64,000 nucleotides of DNA from Octopus sinensis (Eukaryota): assembly GCF_006345805.1 (NCBI RefSeq), contig NC_042999.1, forward strand, positions 145,142,001-145,206,000, read 5' to 3'. Numbering within the stretch: position 1 is the stretch's first letter; every line of letters starts with the position of its first letter. The position numbers and the translations under genes were made by a program. Under the pieces are notes generated by a model that ran no database searches, had not been told where the DNA came from, and saw nothing but the letters and a program-made list of their open reading frames with translations. Of the stretch, positions 12,536 through 25,388 are shown piece by piece.

Positions 12536-13268
12536 GATATATATATATAAATGAAAAGTGTATTGTAAATAAATGATGACAGGCTAAAAAATGTACAATG
12601 TATATTGACTGTACAACCAGATGGGAGACTGATATAGAAGGTCCCTAATTTTTCATCAGTTATCAACCAGATGGTATTATTCTGTATCACACCTTCAATG
12701 ATAAGACTGAGAACTTCCCATGCTGGTGGTGCCCATGAAAGTTGCAGAGAATATAGGGCTGAGAGCAAACAAAGCAATACAGAATGGACATATGGAAGTG
12801 AATAAATGTAGTTTAAGATGGTGGACAGAGATGAAACAAATGAGTAATTAGAAAAATATAGTCTTAGGGCCAAAAAGACAAGAATGTTTAGAAGGCATCC
12901 TAAAAGATTAGAAAACAATAAATAGCAAGGCAGTGAGACACAGAGAATTCAGGACCAGTCAGCTATGTAACTGGTGTGAAAAAGGGAGAGAAAGAAGAAG
13001 GGCTGGCCATGGGTCACATCTCAGCAGCAGGCAGAGGAAAAAGAGGGTAAGAGAGAGGGAGGGAGAGAGAGAAAGTGACAGAGAGAAAACAAGGGAAGTG
13101 ATGCTAGCCTTCCATAAAACAACCTTGCCCGGACTTGTTCCTCGGAGGGTAACTTTCATGACCGAAGGGGGTCTCCTCTTCCTCCTCCATATATACACAC
13201 ACACACAACTATATATGAAGGTGGTTTAACTGCTGTTTTGAGCAGTTCAAAGGATCAAACAATCTCCC

Positions 13269-13494
13269 TTAACCTTTTTGATACCAAACTGTGAGATCAC
13301 CCCTGGTTCTGTGACACAAACTTCCTGTTTTATAGTGATTTAAATGAAAATTTTCCATCAAAATTTCATGTCAACTTATGTTCCAAATACCAGGTTAACA
13401 ATGACAGTTAATTTGCTGAATGCGTTATTATTTTCAAAATTAATCAAAACAGAGGCAGTGTGTTGCAACAGAAATGTGCTAACAAAAGAGTTAA
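13269..13494. mobile_element. Degenerate TTAA-flanked piggyBac-like MITE
   Basis: ttaacctttt...aaaagagttaa ends; internal similarity to 25168-25388. Confidence 0.5.
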
Positions 13495-13619
13495 TGACTA
13501 ATAGTATAGTTGTCAACCTAATTCAATGTACTTCCTCTCTTAAAAATACTGTGTTTGTACTGAGTTGAAACAAATCAGAATTGTATGGTATTACCATAAT
13601 TGTTATAATGATATTGCAT

Positions 13620-14035
13620 AAAGGCAGTAAGCCGACAGCATCATTAGTAAGCCAGACAAAATGCTCGTAAAACAATTTCTTCTTGTTTTATGTTCTGAGT
13701 TCAAATTTCACTGAAGTTGACTTTGCCTTTCATTGATAGAGTAAATAACAGGTCGATAAAATAAATACCAGGGTTGATAAAATAAATACCTGTCGAGTAT
13801 TTGGGTCAATGAAATCGATGATCCTATCCCTCTAAAATTGCTGGCCATGTGCCTATAATAGAAAAGATTATAATGATATTGAATATAAGGCATTGGACTT
13901 CCAGATTTTAACATTCCTGAAAAAGAATTCAAGTCTCACCAAGGTCAATATTGCCTTTCATCTTCTTAGGGTTGATAAAATAAAGTATCAGTGTAGTATT
14001 GGGGTTGATGGTATCGCTTAATTCCTTATCTCAGT
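13620..14035 (+). mobile_element. SINE family B copies (one near full length, one partial)
   Basis: Head 'aaggcagtaagccgacagcatcattag', 'gttctgagttcaaatt', central 'gactttgcctttcat...gataaaataaatacc'. Confidence 0.7.
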
Positions 14036-14129
14036 TCTGATGATCTTCTGCTTAAGTCAGATATTGAATTACCATGTTATGTTATTATTATATGAAGGCT
14101 TCTTGGAGGACTCCATCTCATCTGTCTCT

Positions 14130-14710
14130 GTTCTCATCAATGTTGAAGTTGTTGATTGCTTCACTTATCTCAGCAGTGAGTTTCATAGCAGCATTAGCTG
14201 TGAGTCTGAAGCCCTAAAAAGGCTTGGATGAGCTGCTGTAGTTATGGACTACCTGTATCAGGGTGTGAGGTGCTGCCAATAACTGTGCAGGAGGACTATG
14301 GTTCAGGTCTTTAGGTCTCTTGGTCATCCCTGTCCTGCTCTATAGTTGTGAGACTTGCTCACTGTCCAGGGCCTTAGAAGCTGCCTGAGCTCCTTTGGTA
14401 CCAGAATGCCTCTACTCAGAAACTGGGATGTATCCTGTTACTTGCTCTCAGACTGTTTGGCCATATTACTTGATTTTCTGAGTTAGACCCTGTTGACTGT
14501 GTCTTCTTCACTGAGGATCTGGCTGGGTTGATGGTTTGTGTTGGTTGACTGCATGCCACATGGTTACAGCAGATAAAGCGGTATCTCATGGAGGTGAGGA
14601 CTGACAAGAACCCCACTTGATGGGTCACCTGGGAGGACCCAGGAATATACCGACAAATGGTGAATGCAGCAATGTGCTGCAATAGTGTGTGTCCCCACCC
14701 CACCTAACCA
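14130..14710 (+). mobile_element. Old RTE-like LINE 3' fragment
   Basis: Degenerate NVEVVDCFTYLSS...PVLLYSCET with stops and frameshifts. Confidence 0.6.
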
Positions 14711-14734
14711 GGCTTGATTATTATTATGTATGAT

Positions 14735-14945
14735 AATGAGCTGGCAGAATTGTTAGTGCACTGAACAAAATGTTTAGTGGCATTTCTGGTAGCTCTTTCT
14801 GTTCTGAGTTCAAATGTTGTTGGGGTCAAGTTTCCATTCATTCCTCCTGTGTTAAGTACCATTTGAGCACTGGGGTTGATGTTATTGATTTATCCTCTCC
14901 TCTCAAAAATTACTGGCCTTGTGTCAAATTTAGAAACAATTATTA
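14735..14945 (+). mobile_element. SINE family B copy
   Basis: gagctggcagaattgttag head, gttctgagttcaaat, ttaagtacc...ctggggttgatg. Confidence 0.7.
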
Positions 14946-15594
14946 TATATGATTTAAATGACCATATTATATATGAGGCATTTAGTAACAGTGTTGTAAG
15001 TGTCACCCCGGCCATTTTTGATATTAGTATATCATTTTCTTTGTCTCAATGCCTAGAATCCAAAAACAGTTGAGAGGAAGAACTGGTGAGGCTTGCAATA
15101 AGGTCGAAAATTCGGCTGAAAAAATTGTACCTCGATGCTATTGACAAAACCCTTGCTCACCCAAACTCGGACCAGAGAGTTTAATAACACACCATCGTAA
15201 ACACACACAATCAGTAACTTTGATGTGGTCCCTGTATCAATTTTTGAGGTGTTATGGATCATTTTCTAATATTCCTCATTACCATTGTAATGATAATGGC
15301 TATTATCTTACTATCTTGTCTTATTTGCCTCTTAAAGATACTTACCTTGGTATATTAAAACACGAACAATACCTTTGTGGGGTCTCTGTATGTTTTTCCT
15401 AGGTATTATGACTAAAATATGCAATGTAATACACCGTTTTGTAGTATATTCTACAAAATGAGAAAGATGCAGTAATTATTTCATCTTTCAGATGCATATG
15501 GAAATAAATAATTTTACATAGGTGGAATGATTAGAGGAGGTCTTCATGGTCATTTTAAGACCAGCTTCCTAACTTAATTATTTGCTGAGATATT

Positions 15595-15762
15595 GCGTTA
15601 GGAAGGGCATGGCGTTAGGAAGGGCATCCAGCCGTAGAAACACTGCCAGATTTGACTGGGCCTGATGAAGCCTTCTGGCTTCACAGACCCCAGTAGAACC
15701 GTCCAACCCATGCTAGCATGGAAAACGGACGCTAAACGATGATGATGATGATGATGATGATT
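15595..15762 (+). mobile_element. Short RTE 3' end with (GAT)n tail and a duplicated 5' junction
   Basis: cgttaggaagggcat occurs twice, followed by the RTE 3' end and a run of gat repeats. Confidence 0.8.
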
Positions 15763-16466
15763 GCATTCTGAAAGTTGTGAAACTTTGTGTTTTTCTTGGT
15801 TTTTAAGTTGTGGCACTTATGACAGTCTGTTACTAAACACCTCATATGATGTGTGCATTTGTACAACTGTGTGCTTGTTTATGTTTGTACTCTTCGAAAG
15901 TCACTGTGAGTGGTGGTGTTGTCGCTTCTCCAGTCAACAACTTGTCAACTCACTTTACACCTTTGTAGACATGAGAATTAAGAAATCCTTATTTGAACTA
16001 TAGGTAAGAGTTGTGACAGGAAGGATATCGTGCTGTAAAGTAATGCCTCAATGATATATTTGTCTAACTCATGCAAGCTTAGAAAAATGGGTGTAAAAAC
16101 AACAAATGAATGAAAAAATACATACAAGCATGCATGCACACATGTGCTGTGCCTAGGTCTGCATTCTCATACAGAACTTAATCTCTCTGCAGTTCCTTTC
16201 ATGCTCATGTTCTCCCTATATCTGTACACTTGCAGTTGTTTAAGAGAAACATCAACTCTGTTGATGTCACATGTTATGAAGGACCTTTGAAGGATGGTTG
16301 TAGGCAAAATTTACTGTATGTATATGTATGCATGCATATGTATAATCAATCAACAGTTATCTTTACCAGGAAGGATTATGATAAATCATTTCTCTGCAAT
16401 TACTTTTGTTTTTATTTCTTTTTTCTTTTTCCCCTTTTCTATATATGTTTACTTTTTTTTTTGCAG

Positions 16467-16635
16467 ATGGATGAAAAAGAACTTTCCAGTCGACATGTGA
16501 AGCCAAATTTCACAAAACTTAAAGATCTTGGCAACCAGTTAAGATCTCATTTAAAACTTGGCCTCTTTGGCATTGATGTCATTATTGAATGCGGGACCAA
16601 TCGCTATGCCATTATTGATATCAACATATTTCCAG
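16467..16635 (+). CDS. ITPK1: ITPK1 internal coding exon (169 nt)
   Basis: Poly-T + gcag acceptor, donor gtaagc at 16636. MDEKELSSRHVKPNFTKLKDLGNQLRSHLKLGLFGIDVIIECGTNRYAIIDINIFP contains the ITPK1 LFGIDxI...AxIDINxFPG metal-binding motif. Confidence 0.95.
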
Positions 16636-17644
16636 GTAAGCTACAAAAGGAATCTAACAGGTGTTCACTGCTCCCAACTTTTCTTTTTTCTTTTTCTTTT
16701 TCCACTTTCCTTTTCCTCACCATTATCTCCTCTCATCCCAATCATTTTTGGTACTAACTTGAAGTTTCTGAAATTAGTGTTAGGATTGGTTTCTATCATT
16801 GAGGCTGCTGCTATTATGGAGCAACACTTTTAGGGGTTTTAGTTGATCATATCACATTGTTTCTGCCTGGTAGTTATTTTGTTAAATTAATCACTGAATT
16901 ATTTGTCAATGTAAAATAGCATAATTCAATGCATTATTTTATACAGGTAGACACATATATATTAATATATTTCATTTGTTTAACTCTCATTTTTCCTTGC
17001 TAGTATGGCTTTGGGTAGGAATTGATTTTGAGGAAGAATTTTACTGCTACCATCCTTACCTGTTTTTGAAGTAAGGGATTTTATACTCCATGGTTCTTTG
17101 GAAGTGCAGAGAAACTGGTTGTAATGTAAACATCATCACCTTTTCACTCTGACAATGACAAGTAAAGCTTCAACATTTGTGCATATGCACACATGCATGT
17201 GCTTCATCTGTTACTGGGGATTTAATGTCTACATTTCTTGATGACATTATGACCAGTCACTCTGTGTGTTTGACGTCCTGTTGATTAATAAGGAAAAGAT
17301 CAAACAAAATCCTATTTTGGAAAATAGGTAAAGTTTGGCTGCAGGAAGAACAGACAACCATAAAATCCTATCTCAAATAAGCCCTTGTCCAGCCCATGAA
17401 CAAACTTATTCTCTAAGTCCAAATTAATGTAGTTAAATAAAATTTTTTGTCACTTTGAATCTAACATATTGCATTAATGTACAAGGGCTGTAAGCTTGCA
17501 GCCTTCTTTCTATATTATCTCATTGTTGTGTGATGTGAAAGACGAGGGGAGAAATTAGTAGAACTGATCATCTGTGCATGGGTCTTTTATGACCCCAAGG
17601 ACTCATTATGCTGGTGCTTAATCTAGTTTTGATGTATAAATGAC

Positions 17645-17840
17645 TGAGATTGGTTTCAAATTTTGGTACAAGGCCAGCAGTTTTAGGGAAGTGGGTAAGT
17701 TGATTGCATCAACCCCAGTGTTTAACTGGTACTTATTTTATCGACCTCAAAAGGAAGAAAGGCAATGTTGATCTCGATGGAATTTGAACTCAGAATGTAA
17801 AGACAGACAAAATAGTGCTAAGCATTTCACCTGCCACCAT
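17645..17840 (-). mobile_element. SINE family B copy (reverse)
   Basis: ggtacttattttatcgacc...aaaggc...atttgaactcagaa is the reverse complement of the family B core. Confidence 0.75.
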
Positions 17841-18506
17841 GTAAGTGATTGGGATTAAAACATTCTTCACTGAACAGAATGCAGGTCCATCACTGGGTGA
17901 ATTTCCTCAGCTATTGCTAGTGAAACTCATTTACAGCTGAGTGGGCTGGAACCAGGTGAAATGAAGTGTTTTGCTCAAGAACACATTATACTGCTTGGTC
18001 AAGGATTGAAACCACGATCTTGAGGTTGTGACTGCAACTCCCTAACCACTAAGCTACATACCTTCACAGTGGTATTTGAATTAGTAGTGTAGCGGATAAA
18101 ATGCCTTGCAGTATTTAGTTACATTCCTTTATGGTCCAAATTGAAATATTACCAAAATCTGTTACATTTTTCATTCCATTGCCCTTAATGAAATAGGTAT
18201 CAGTTAAGTACTGGGAGTCATTGTAATTGAGTGACCCTTCTTCCTCCCCCAAATCATGTGTATTTGTACCTAAAATAGAAACTATTAAGATATTGCTGTG
18301 TGTGTAAGATAGATGAATACAGTACATAATGGATGAACTAGGTATAAAGTTGATAACAGTGATTGTAGCGCTACTGCTGACAGTGTTGTTGTTTAACCCT
18401 AGGTCAACCGTGATCAAGCAGTTCATCCCATTTTTTTCCAGATATGGTGCATTTATAATCACATTATCCAATGTGGTCTTATTTTTTAAAGATTAGATTT
18501 GAATTA

Positions 18507-18909
18507 AGGCGCAGGACTGGCTGTGTGGTAAGTATAGGCACAGGAGTGGCTGTGTGGTAAGTAGCTTGCCTACCAACCACATGGCTCCTGGTTCAGTCCC
18601 ACTGCGTGGCACCTTGGGCAAGTGTCTTCTACTATAGCCTCGGCTGACCAAAATCTTGTGAGTGGATTTGGTAGACGGAAACTGAAAGAAGCTCGTCGTA
18701 TATATATATATGTGTGTGTTTGTCCCCCCAACATCGCTTGACAACCGATGCTGGTGTGTTTACGTCCCCGTAACTTAGCAGTTCGGCAAAAGTGACCGAT
18801 AGAGTAAGTACTAGGCTTACAAAGAATAAGTCATGGAGTCGATTTCCTCGACTAAAGGCGGTGCTCCAGCATGGCCGCACTCAAATGACTGAAACAAGTA
18901 AAAGAGTAA
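18507..18909 (+). mobile_element. tRNA-derived SINE family A, well-preserved copy with duplicated head
   Basis: A-box tggctgtgtggtaag (twice), B-box-like ggttcagtccc, 'ccttgggcaagtgtcttct' central motif, (TA/TG) linker, tail gaaacaagtaaaagagtaa. Confidence 0.88.
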
Positions 18910-20844
18910 TGGGAAGTTGGTTGCTATTTCTAGCAAAATCACCATCTACATAGTGAAGCATCCTTGATAGCAATAGAATAGTGTTGCTATTGTTGTTATT
19001 TAACCTCAGGTCAACTCTCATTGAGCAGACTTGTGACCAGAGATAATCTAGTGTCGAGCGTCCTATTTTATTAGTGTATTGTACTTAATTTGTCCTCTAT
19101 TTATTTCAGAGAATAGAGTGTAATTTGAGAGATTTGGCTGCCGTTTCTTGTAGGACGAATGTCTACGTAGAGGCTCCCTTGCTGTAGTGCTATTGTTGTC
19201 GCTTTACCGCGACAACAATACAAATGTTTGCAAAAATGGCGAATGTCCTTCTTTGCCAACATTGTGGACTTGTGCCTGTGTTAGAAATCTTTAAGAAATG
19301 TTTATTTTTCATTGCTGACAGTGCCAAGGAGATAACGTTTGGCAGGGGAGACTACTCTTTATTCGCACTACTTGTTAGATTCATTATCATTGATGTAGTA
19401 ATGGCAACAAAAAAAAAAGAAAGAAAGAAAAAATAGTAATTAATGCTAATGTGGGGAAGAGAAGAAAGCACCAGCTCACTAATATAATTTCTTGTGTCTT
19501 GGCAAATATAGACTACAATACCGGACATGTTTTCAACTTATTAGCACCTCCTCAATCAATCAATCTTTGTCGTCGGGCAACTTACCCGGACCAGTGCAAC
19601 TTTTCCAAGCCAGACGTACTGATCGAGCGATGAAGCATGATTGTCTAATCTATAAACCACTACAAAAGATAACAGTTCGTTAACTGAACTGATTGATCCC
19701 AACCAATAACAGTTTGTTGTCTGTTCATCCGCCTAGTATCTAGTGATATTCTTCATCTTTGCCTGATTAATAAGAGAGTAAAATAAAATCGACCTCTGTT
19801 GATGAGAATTCAGTTGTTCAATCAACTGAATTACTTTTTTTGAATTAGGTTGAATATTCCACAGCCTCGACTATTAACGTAATCAACGTGTCAACACCGC
19901 AATAAAAAACAAAACACACACACACACAAACCCCGGCACTTTTTGGTTATCTCACCGCCATTAAAAAAACTGGGTTATCTCCCCACTAAAAAAATTGAGT
20001 TAATGTAGCGACGAGAGATTGGATTAAAAGAGGTAGATCCTTTTGATTTAGTACTTCAGCACATTGGTGACGTTTGGCCTCCTCTATAGGCATGATATGA
20101 TTTTTGTATTTTCGTTTTATTGAGTGTTAAATATTTTTTTTAAAGATGAGGCAAATAACCAAAAGTACCGATATTTCTCATAAAACTTGGGGAGACAACC
20201 CAATTTTTTAATGGGGGTGAGATAATCAAAAAGTACCCAAATAACAAAACAAAATTGGTCAGCATTAGCTAATTTTTTGCTACAGTCTTTGTAGTATAGT
20301 TTGTGTCTGGGGGCTCTTTTTAACAACTGCTTTACAAGAGAGTCACGTGTCGCGCTGATGTCAGAGAGCATGTCTGCTGCAGGACACACACACACACACT
20401 ATAATCTACGTCCACTTTCCAAGCTGGATTTCAGACAGCCATTTGAAGGTATTGTTTAGGCTTTTATGTGTTCGCTATAGAGTACTATTGATTGAAAATT
20501 ATTTTATAAAAAATAAACACTGCTAACGGTGTGCCTTTAAACAAAATTATTCAAAAAGTTGTCTCCCCTGCATCACTAAACCACCGAGTATACTTTTTAA
20601 AAGCTCTACATCCAATTGAACTCACACGCAACCGCGCGCGCGCGCACACACACACACATCGAACAATATTTACAAAAAATCTATCCAAATTCTGTTGAAT
20701 GAATGCCTCATTGGATTTAACAAAAGAAGCCATTTCCCTTGTAAACAGACGAAAACATATTTAGCTGATGAACACACACACAGACGCACACACATATTAG
20801 TCCCATAACTCATTAGTTTGTTGGGATATCATCAAAAGCTTTTA

Positions 20845-21200
20845 CATGGCTGTGTGGTAAGAAGTTTGGTTCCCAACCAAATGGTTCTGTGTTCAGTCAT
20901 ACTGTGTGGCACATTGTGCAAGTGTCTTCTACTATCGCCGTGGGCTGACCAAAGCCTTGTGAGGGCATCTATTAGATGGAAACTAGAAAGAAGCCCGTCA
21001 TATATATGTGTGTTTGTACCTCTCACATTGCTTGATAACTGGTGTTGGTTTGTTTACGTCGTGGTTTGGTAAAAATGACTGATAGAATAAGTACCAAGCT
21101 TAAAAGTTAAGTAGTGGGATTGATTCATTCAACTAAAAACCCTTCAGGGCAGTGCTCTAGCTTGGCCACTGTCCAATGTCTAAAACAAGAACAAGTAAAA
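20845..21200 (+). mobile_element. SINE family A copy
   Basis: Collinear with 18538-18909. Confidence 0.8.
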
Positions 21201-21211
21201 GATCGAAAGTT

Positions 21212-21437
21212 AAGGCAGCGAGCTGGCAGAAACGTTAGCATTCCGGGCGAAATGCTTAGTAGTATTTCGTCTGTCTTTACGTTCTGAGTTTGGTCGACTT
21301 TGCCTTTCATCCTTTCGGGGTCGATAAATTAAGTACCCGTTATGCACTGGGTTCGATGTAATCGACTTATTCCCTTTGTCTGTCCTTGTTTGTCCCCTCT
21401 ATGTTTAGCCCCTTGTGGGCAATAAAGAAATAAGAAA
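21212..21437 (+). mobile_element. SINE family B copy with a Tx1-like 3' tail
   Basis: Family B head and core (gactttgcctttcatcctttcggggtcgataaattaagtacc). The tail tttgtcccctctatgtttagccccttgtgggcaataaagaa resembles the 3' end of the Tx1 elements at 46510-46550 and 51278-51320. Confidence 0.8.
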
Positions 21438-22340
21438 GATCAAAAGTAACCCAGCTTAGTCAATTTCTCTCCAAGCTATTTAATTACAGAAAGTGTTGGC
21501 TTCTTCACTGCAATTTAATGAAATATTTTAATAATGCTGCCACTGCATGCAGTTGTATGTTGTACCTACTATTTGGTACCTGCTTCCAAGTAGGTGAACT
21601 GGACCATTTGAGAGTTTAGGGTTTTGCTCTGAGATAGATGCAACATGTTACTTGTGACAGGACATGAACTTCCCACCTTTCAGTCCATTGCTCAGTGCTA
21701 TCGACAAGGTCACTTTTTCTTTTCTGGGAATATGTCCTTATTGTATAATGTCATAGATACTTGTTACTTCAACTCTCTACTTTTGCATTTTATTTTCTAT
21801 ATTAAAATTAACATTCACTACAAGCAAAAGGAGATATGAGAATCACCATATCTTATCTAGAGGCAAATTTATCATACTCTAATGCCAGCCAACCACTCTA
21901 TAGTGTGTACTAAATGCTTTTCTGTGGTGACTTCACTAGTGTTGGTATCATGAAAAATGTGTTTAATACACTTTGTAAAGTGGCTGACATCAAGAAGAGT
22001 ATCCATGGACTAAGTAGATTCTGTCTAACTATCCTGTCCATGCCAGTTGGACATTAAATGATGATGATACTCAGGTCCATCCATACTGTTTGTCTTCATT
22101 ACCTAGACCTTAGCTTTTAATCATACATAAACAAACTAACTCAGACAATAGTGGCAACAGGCCTTGAATTTTATGTTGCATCCCACACAATCAACTCTCT
22201 GTTCACCATTAGTCCTTAGTATGAATTCTGTTGAATATACGTTGTTTCTTAAGATTTTGTGTCCTTGTAGCTATGATTATTTATAATCATAGCAATTGAT
22301 TATTTATAATCTTTAATTTTTTTCTTCTTTTGCTTCACAG

Positions 22341-22903
22341 GTTATAAGGGTATTGATAGTTTTTATGATTCTTTTGAGCGGTATATAATTCAGTTACTGA
22401 AAGAGAAGGAAACAGATCAGAATATGGAGAGGAAGCGTTGCCAAACTGTTGCAGAAGGTTGCGCTTTATCCAATGTCTGCAAGAAGCCAAAAATACAGGA
22501 AGTGGCTGAAGAAGAATTTGATTCCATACTGTGTACCAGTGAAAATGACAAGGTCAGGGAGAAGAACCAGACAAAAGCAACTGCAGAAAATGGTAGCAAT
22601 GTGGATATGTATCGTGAAACCAAAGGCTTGTCTTATTTGTCAGGCACAAATGGCAGTCTTTGTGAGCAGAATGGACACTGCATTGAGAATGGCAACAATA
22701 ACAATAACAAAGCCATTTTCATCAATAGCAACAACCTCAACAGCCTGAATAGTCCACTTGTAAGTCTTAATGATGACAACAACAACATCAACAGCAGTAG
22801 TAGCAATAGCAGTAACAATAACATTTTATGCAATACAATCAGTGGTGAAGGCCTCAACAACCTCAAAGGAGGAAACATTCCAACTGTAAATGGTCTAACA
22901 TGA
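22341..22903 (+). CDS. ITPK1: ITPK1 terminal coding exon with Asn/Ser-rich C-terminal tail
   Basis: Acceptor tttcttcttttgcttcacag. The phase-1 join completes FPGYKGIDSFYDSF (ITPK1 FPGYxG motif) and continues in frame through the 22424-22903 ORF to TGA. Confidence 0.9.
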
Positions 22904-22969
22904 TCATGATGTCATTTAATATTTTTTATTATTGTAATTATTATTATTATTAAATTTTATTATTATTAC

Positions 22970-24080
22970 TGAAGGTGGTGGATGGCAGAATTAGTAGAGC
23001 TCATACTTTAATGCCTTGAAGCATTTTATGTCCCTTTACATTCTGGAGTTCAAATCTCACCATGTCAACTTCAACTTTCATCCTTGTGGGGGTTGGGTGG
23101 GAGGTTCGATGAAATAAAGTACCAGTGAATTACTGGAGTCGACTTAATCGACTATATCATTCCTTAAATTTTTGGTCTATAGAATATATTAGAAAACATT
23201 ATCAAAATAATAATTATTATTATTGGTTGAACAGAAAATTGATTTGACGCAGTCAAGTACTGAGCTGAAATACCTTGCAGTCTTTCGATCTTGTCTTCAA
23301 ATTTTACTGAGGTCGACTTTGCCTTCCATCCTCCAGAAGTTAATAAAATAAGTACCAGTAATTGTACTGTAAAATCAAGTCAGTGAAATGTATCCTTTCT
23401 CCAGCTTATTTTAAATAAAAAGCTAAGATTATTATTATTATTCATATTGGCAGAATGGTTAGTGCCAGGCAAAATGCCTTGAGGTACTTGTTTTGGCTCT
23501 TTACATGCTGAGTTCAAATCATACTCAGGTCAACTTTGCCTTTTATCCTTCTGGGATTGATAAAATAAAGTACCAGTGAAGTACTGGGGGGGTCGATATA
23601 ATTGACTCACCCCCTCCTCTCTAAATTACTGGCATTGTACCTAAGCTATTATTATAATTATTCAGGGTGTTGGATGCAGAACCAGTTGAGCTCATACTTA
23701 ATGCCTTGTGGTATTTATGTCCCTTTATGTTTAGAGTTCAAATCTTGTTGGGGTCAACTTTGCCCTTTCATCCTTCTGGGATTGATAAAATAAAGTACCA
23801 GACAAGTACTGGGGTTGATTTCTTTGACTTTACTATTTCTCACTAAAATTTGTGGCTTTGTGCCCGTGTCAAAAGTTACTATTTATATTCAGTATGGCAT
23901 CAACAGTGTTGGATTAACGCCTTACTGTATTTACTGAAGACCCTTTACATTCTGAGTTCAAATCCCATCTGGGTCAGCTTTGCCTTTCATCCTTCTAGGC
24001 TGAAAAATACCAGTCTAGAACTGGGAGTCAATTTAATCGACTAAATCGCTTCCCCAAAGTTTGTGGCTTTGTTAGGAATA
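22970..24080 (+). mobile_element. Cluster of five same-orientation SINE family B copies just downstream of the ITPK1 stop codon
   Basis: Core 'caactttgcctttcatcc...gataaaataaagtaccag' recurs near 23065, 23315, 23530, 23755 and 23975; copies are mostly separated by (att)n. Confidence 0.8.
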
Positions 24081-24239
24081 TTTTTCTTATTATTCTTATT
24101 CCTATTATTAATGTCATCTTCAAAATCATCACCATCATCATCATTGTTTAATCTTTGTTTCTTATTAAAATATATTTTATTTTAAATCTGTAAGGAAAAA
24201 AGGGGAAAACAATAAGATGTAAAAGAAAAGGAAAAAAAA

Positions 24240-24279
24240 AATGTATATGTATGTATATATTTGTATGTGTATATGCATA

Positions 24280-24310
<31 letters not shown>

Positions 24311-24500
24311 GCACACACATACACACACATGTATGCAGAGTTATGTATATCAGTGTATATGTAGATATATTTGTGTGTATATAAATATGTGCATACACAC
24401 ACACACACACTTGTCTATATAATATGTATATATGTATGGAGGGTGCACATATATGTGTGTGTATTTATATGACTGTTTTTGCATGTGTCTACATACATAT
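24240..24500. repeat. (TA)/(TG)/(CA) compound microsatellite
   Basis: Direct reading. Confidence 0.9.
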
Positions 24501-25167
24501 ATAATATGCCATATTTACTCAATGTATAATGCAAGAAATTTGATATAAAATGCAAGTGAGGAAATTGGTGTGTAGTATTAAACTTGCTAGAATGTTCCAA
24601 ACAAGTGTAAAAACCCAATAACATATAAAAACACATCAAAGCAGAGGCCTTGATATATTTAATTACTAATGTATATACTTTATTGTCTTCAGTTATGAAA
24701 CACTGTATATATAGTGATCAAATGGCAATTGTAAATTCTAGCATGCTGGTGGTATGTGGTTATAAACTGTATTATGTAAAAGTAATTATTTAATTGAGAA
24801 GTGACATTGGTTCTTAACTGTTTGTAGCTCAGTGTTTGCTTTCACAGAAAAGTGTTTCTTATAAGCTCCCCTCACCAAATTTGGCAAAACAAAAAAGCTT
24901 CAAATTATTTTAATCAAAGAAACACAATAGTTTATTAAACCAAATTTCTTATGCTATCCCATTCATTTATTTGCCTCCTTTTAGATATCTTTGTGGATTA
25001 GTGCATGCTGTGTTAAATTTTCATGAAAATCATTGAAGAAGGCAATGACTTAAATAATGAAATTATATTGGACCTTGGTATATAATCACATTTCTTCTCA
25101 CTAATAAAACAATCTTCTCATTTTCTAATCTCAACAATGATGTTTTTTTTTTGAAAAACATGTTTAA

Positions 25168-25388
25168 CCCTTTAGCATTCAATCAAACAATATCTGGCCC
25201 AAATATTCAACCTGTCTTATGTTCAAACTGGCTAGATATGGCATGTCACACCTACTCTTACTATGTCATTCTAAGAATAAACAATCACATTGTGAAAATG
25301 TCAAAGATACAAAATAATGCATGATTGATTCAAAATAATGTGAATTAATAAGCATTACATTTGACAGAGAAATATGAACACTAAAGGG
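25168..25388. mobile_element. piggyBac-like MITE
   Basis: TTAA|CCCTTTAG...CTAAAGGG|TTAA termini. Confidence 0.75.

Noticed and set aside
16230-16757. 175-aa ORF as a stand-alone gene
   Set aside because: Only 16467-16635 is exonic (ITPK1); the remainder is intron read-through.
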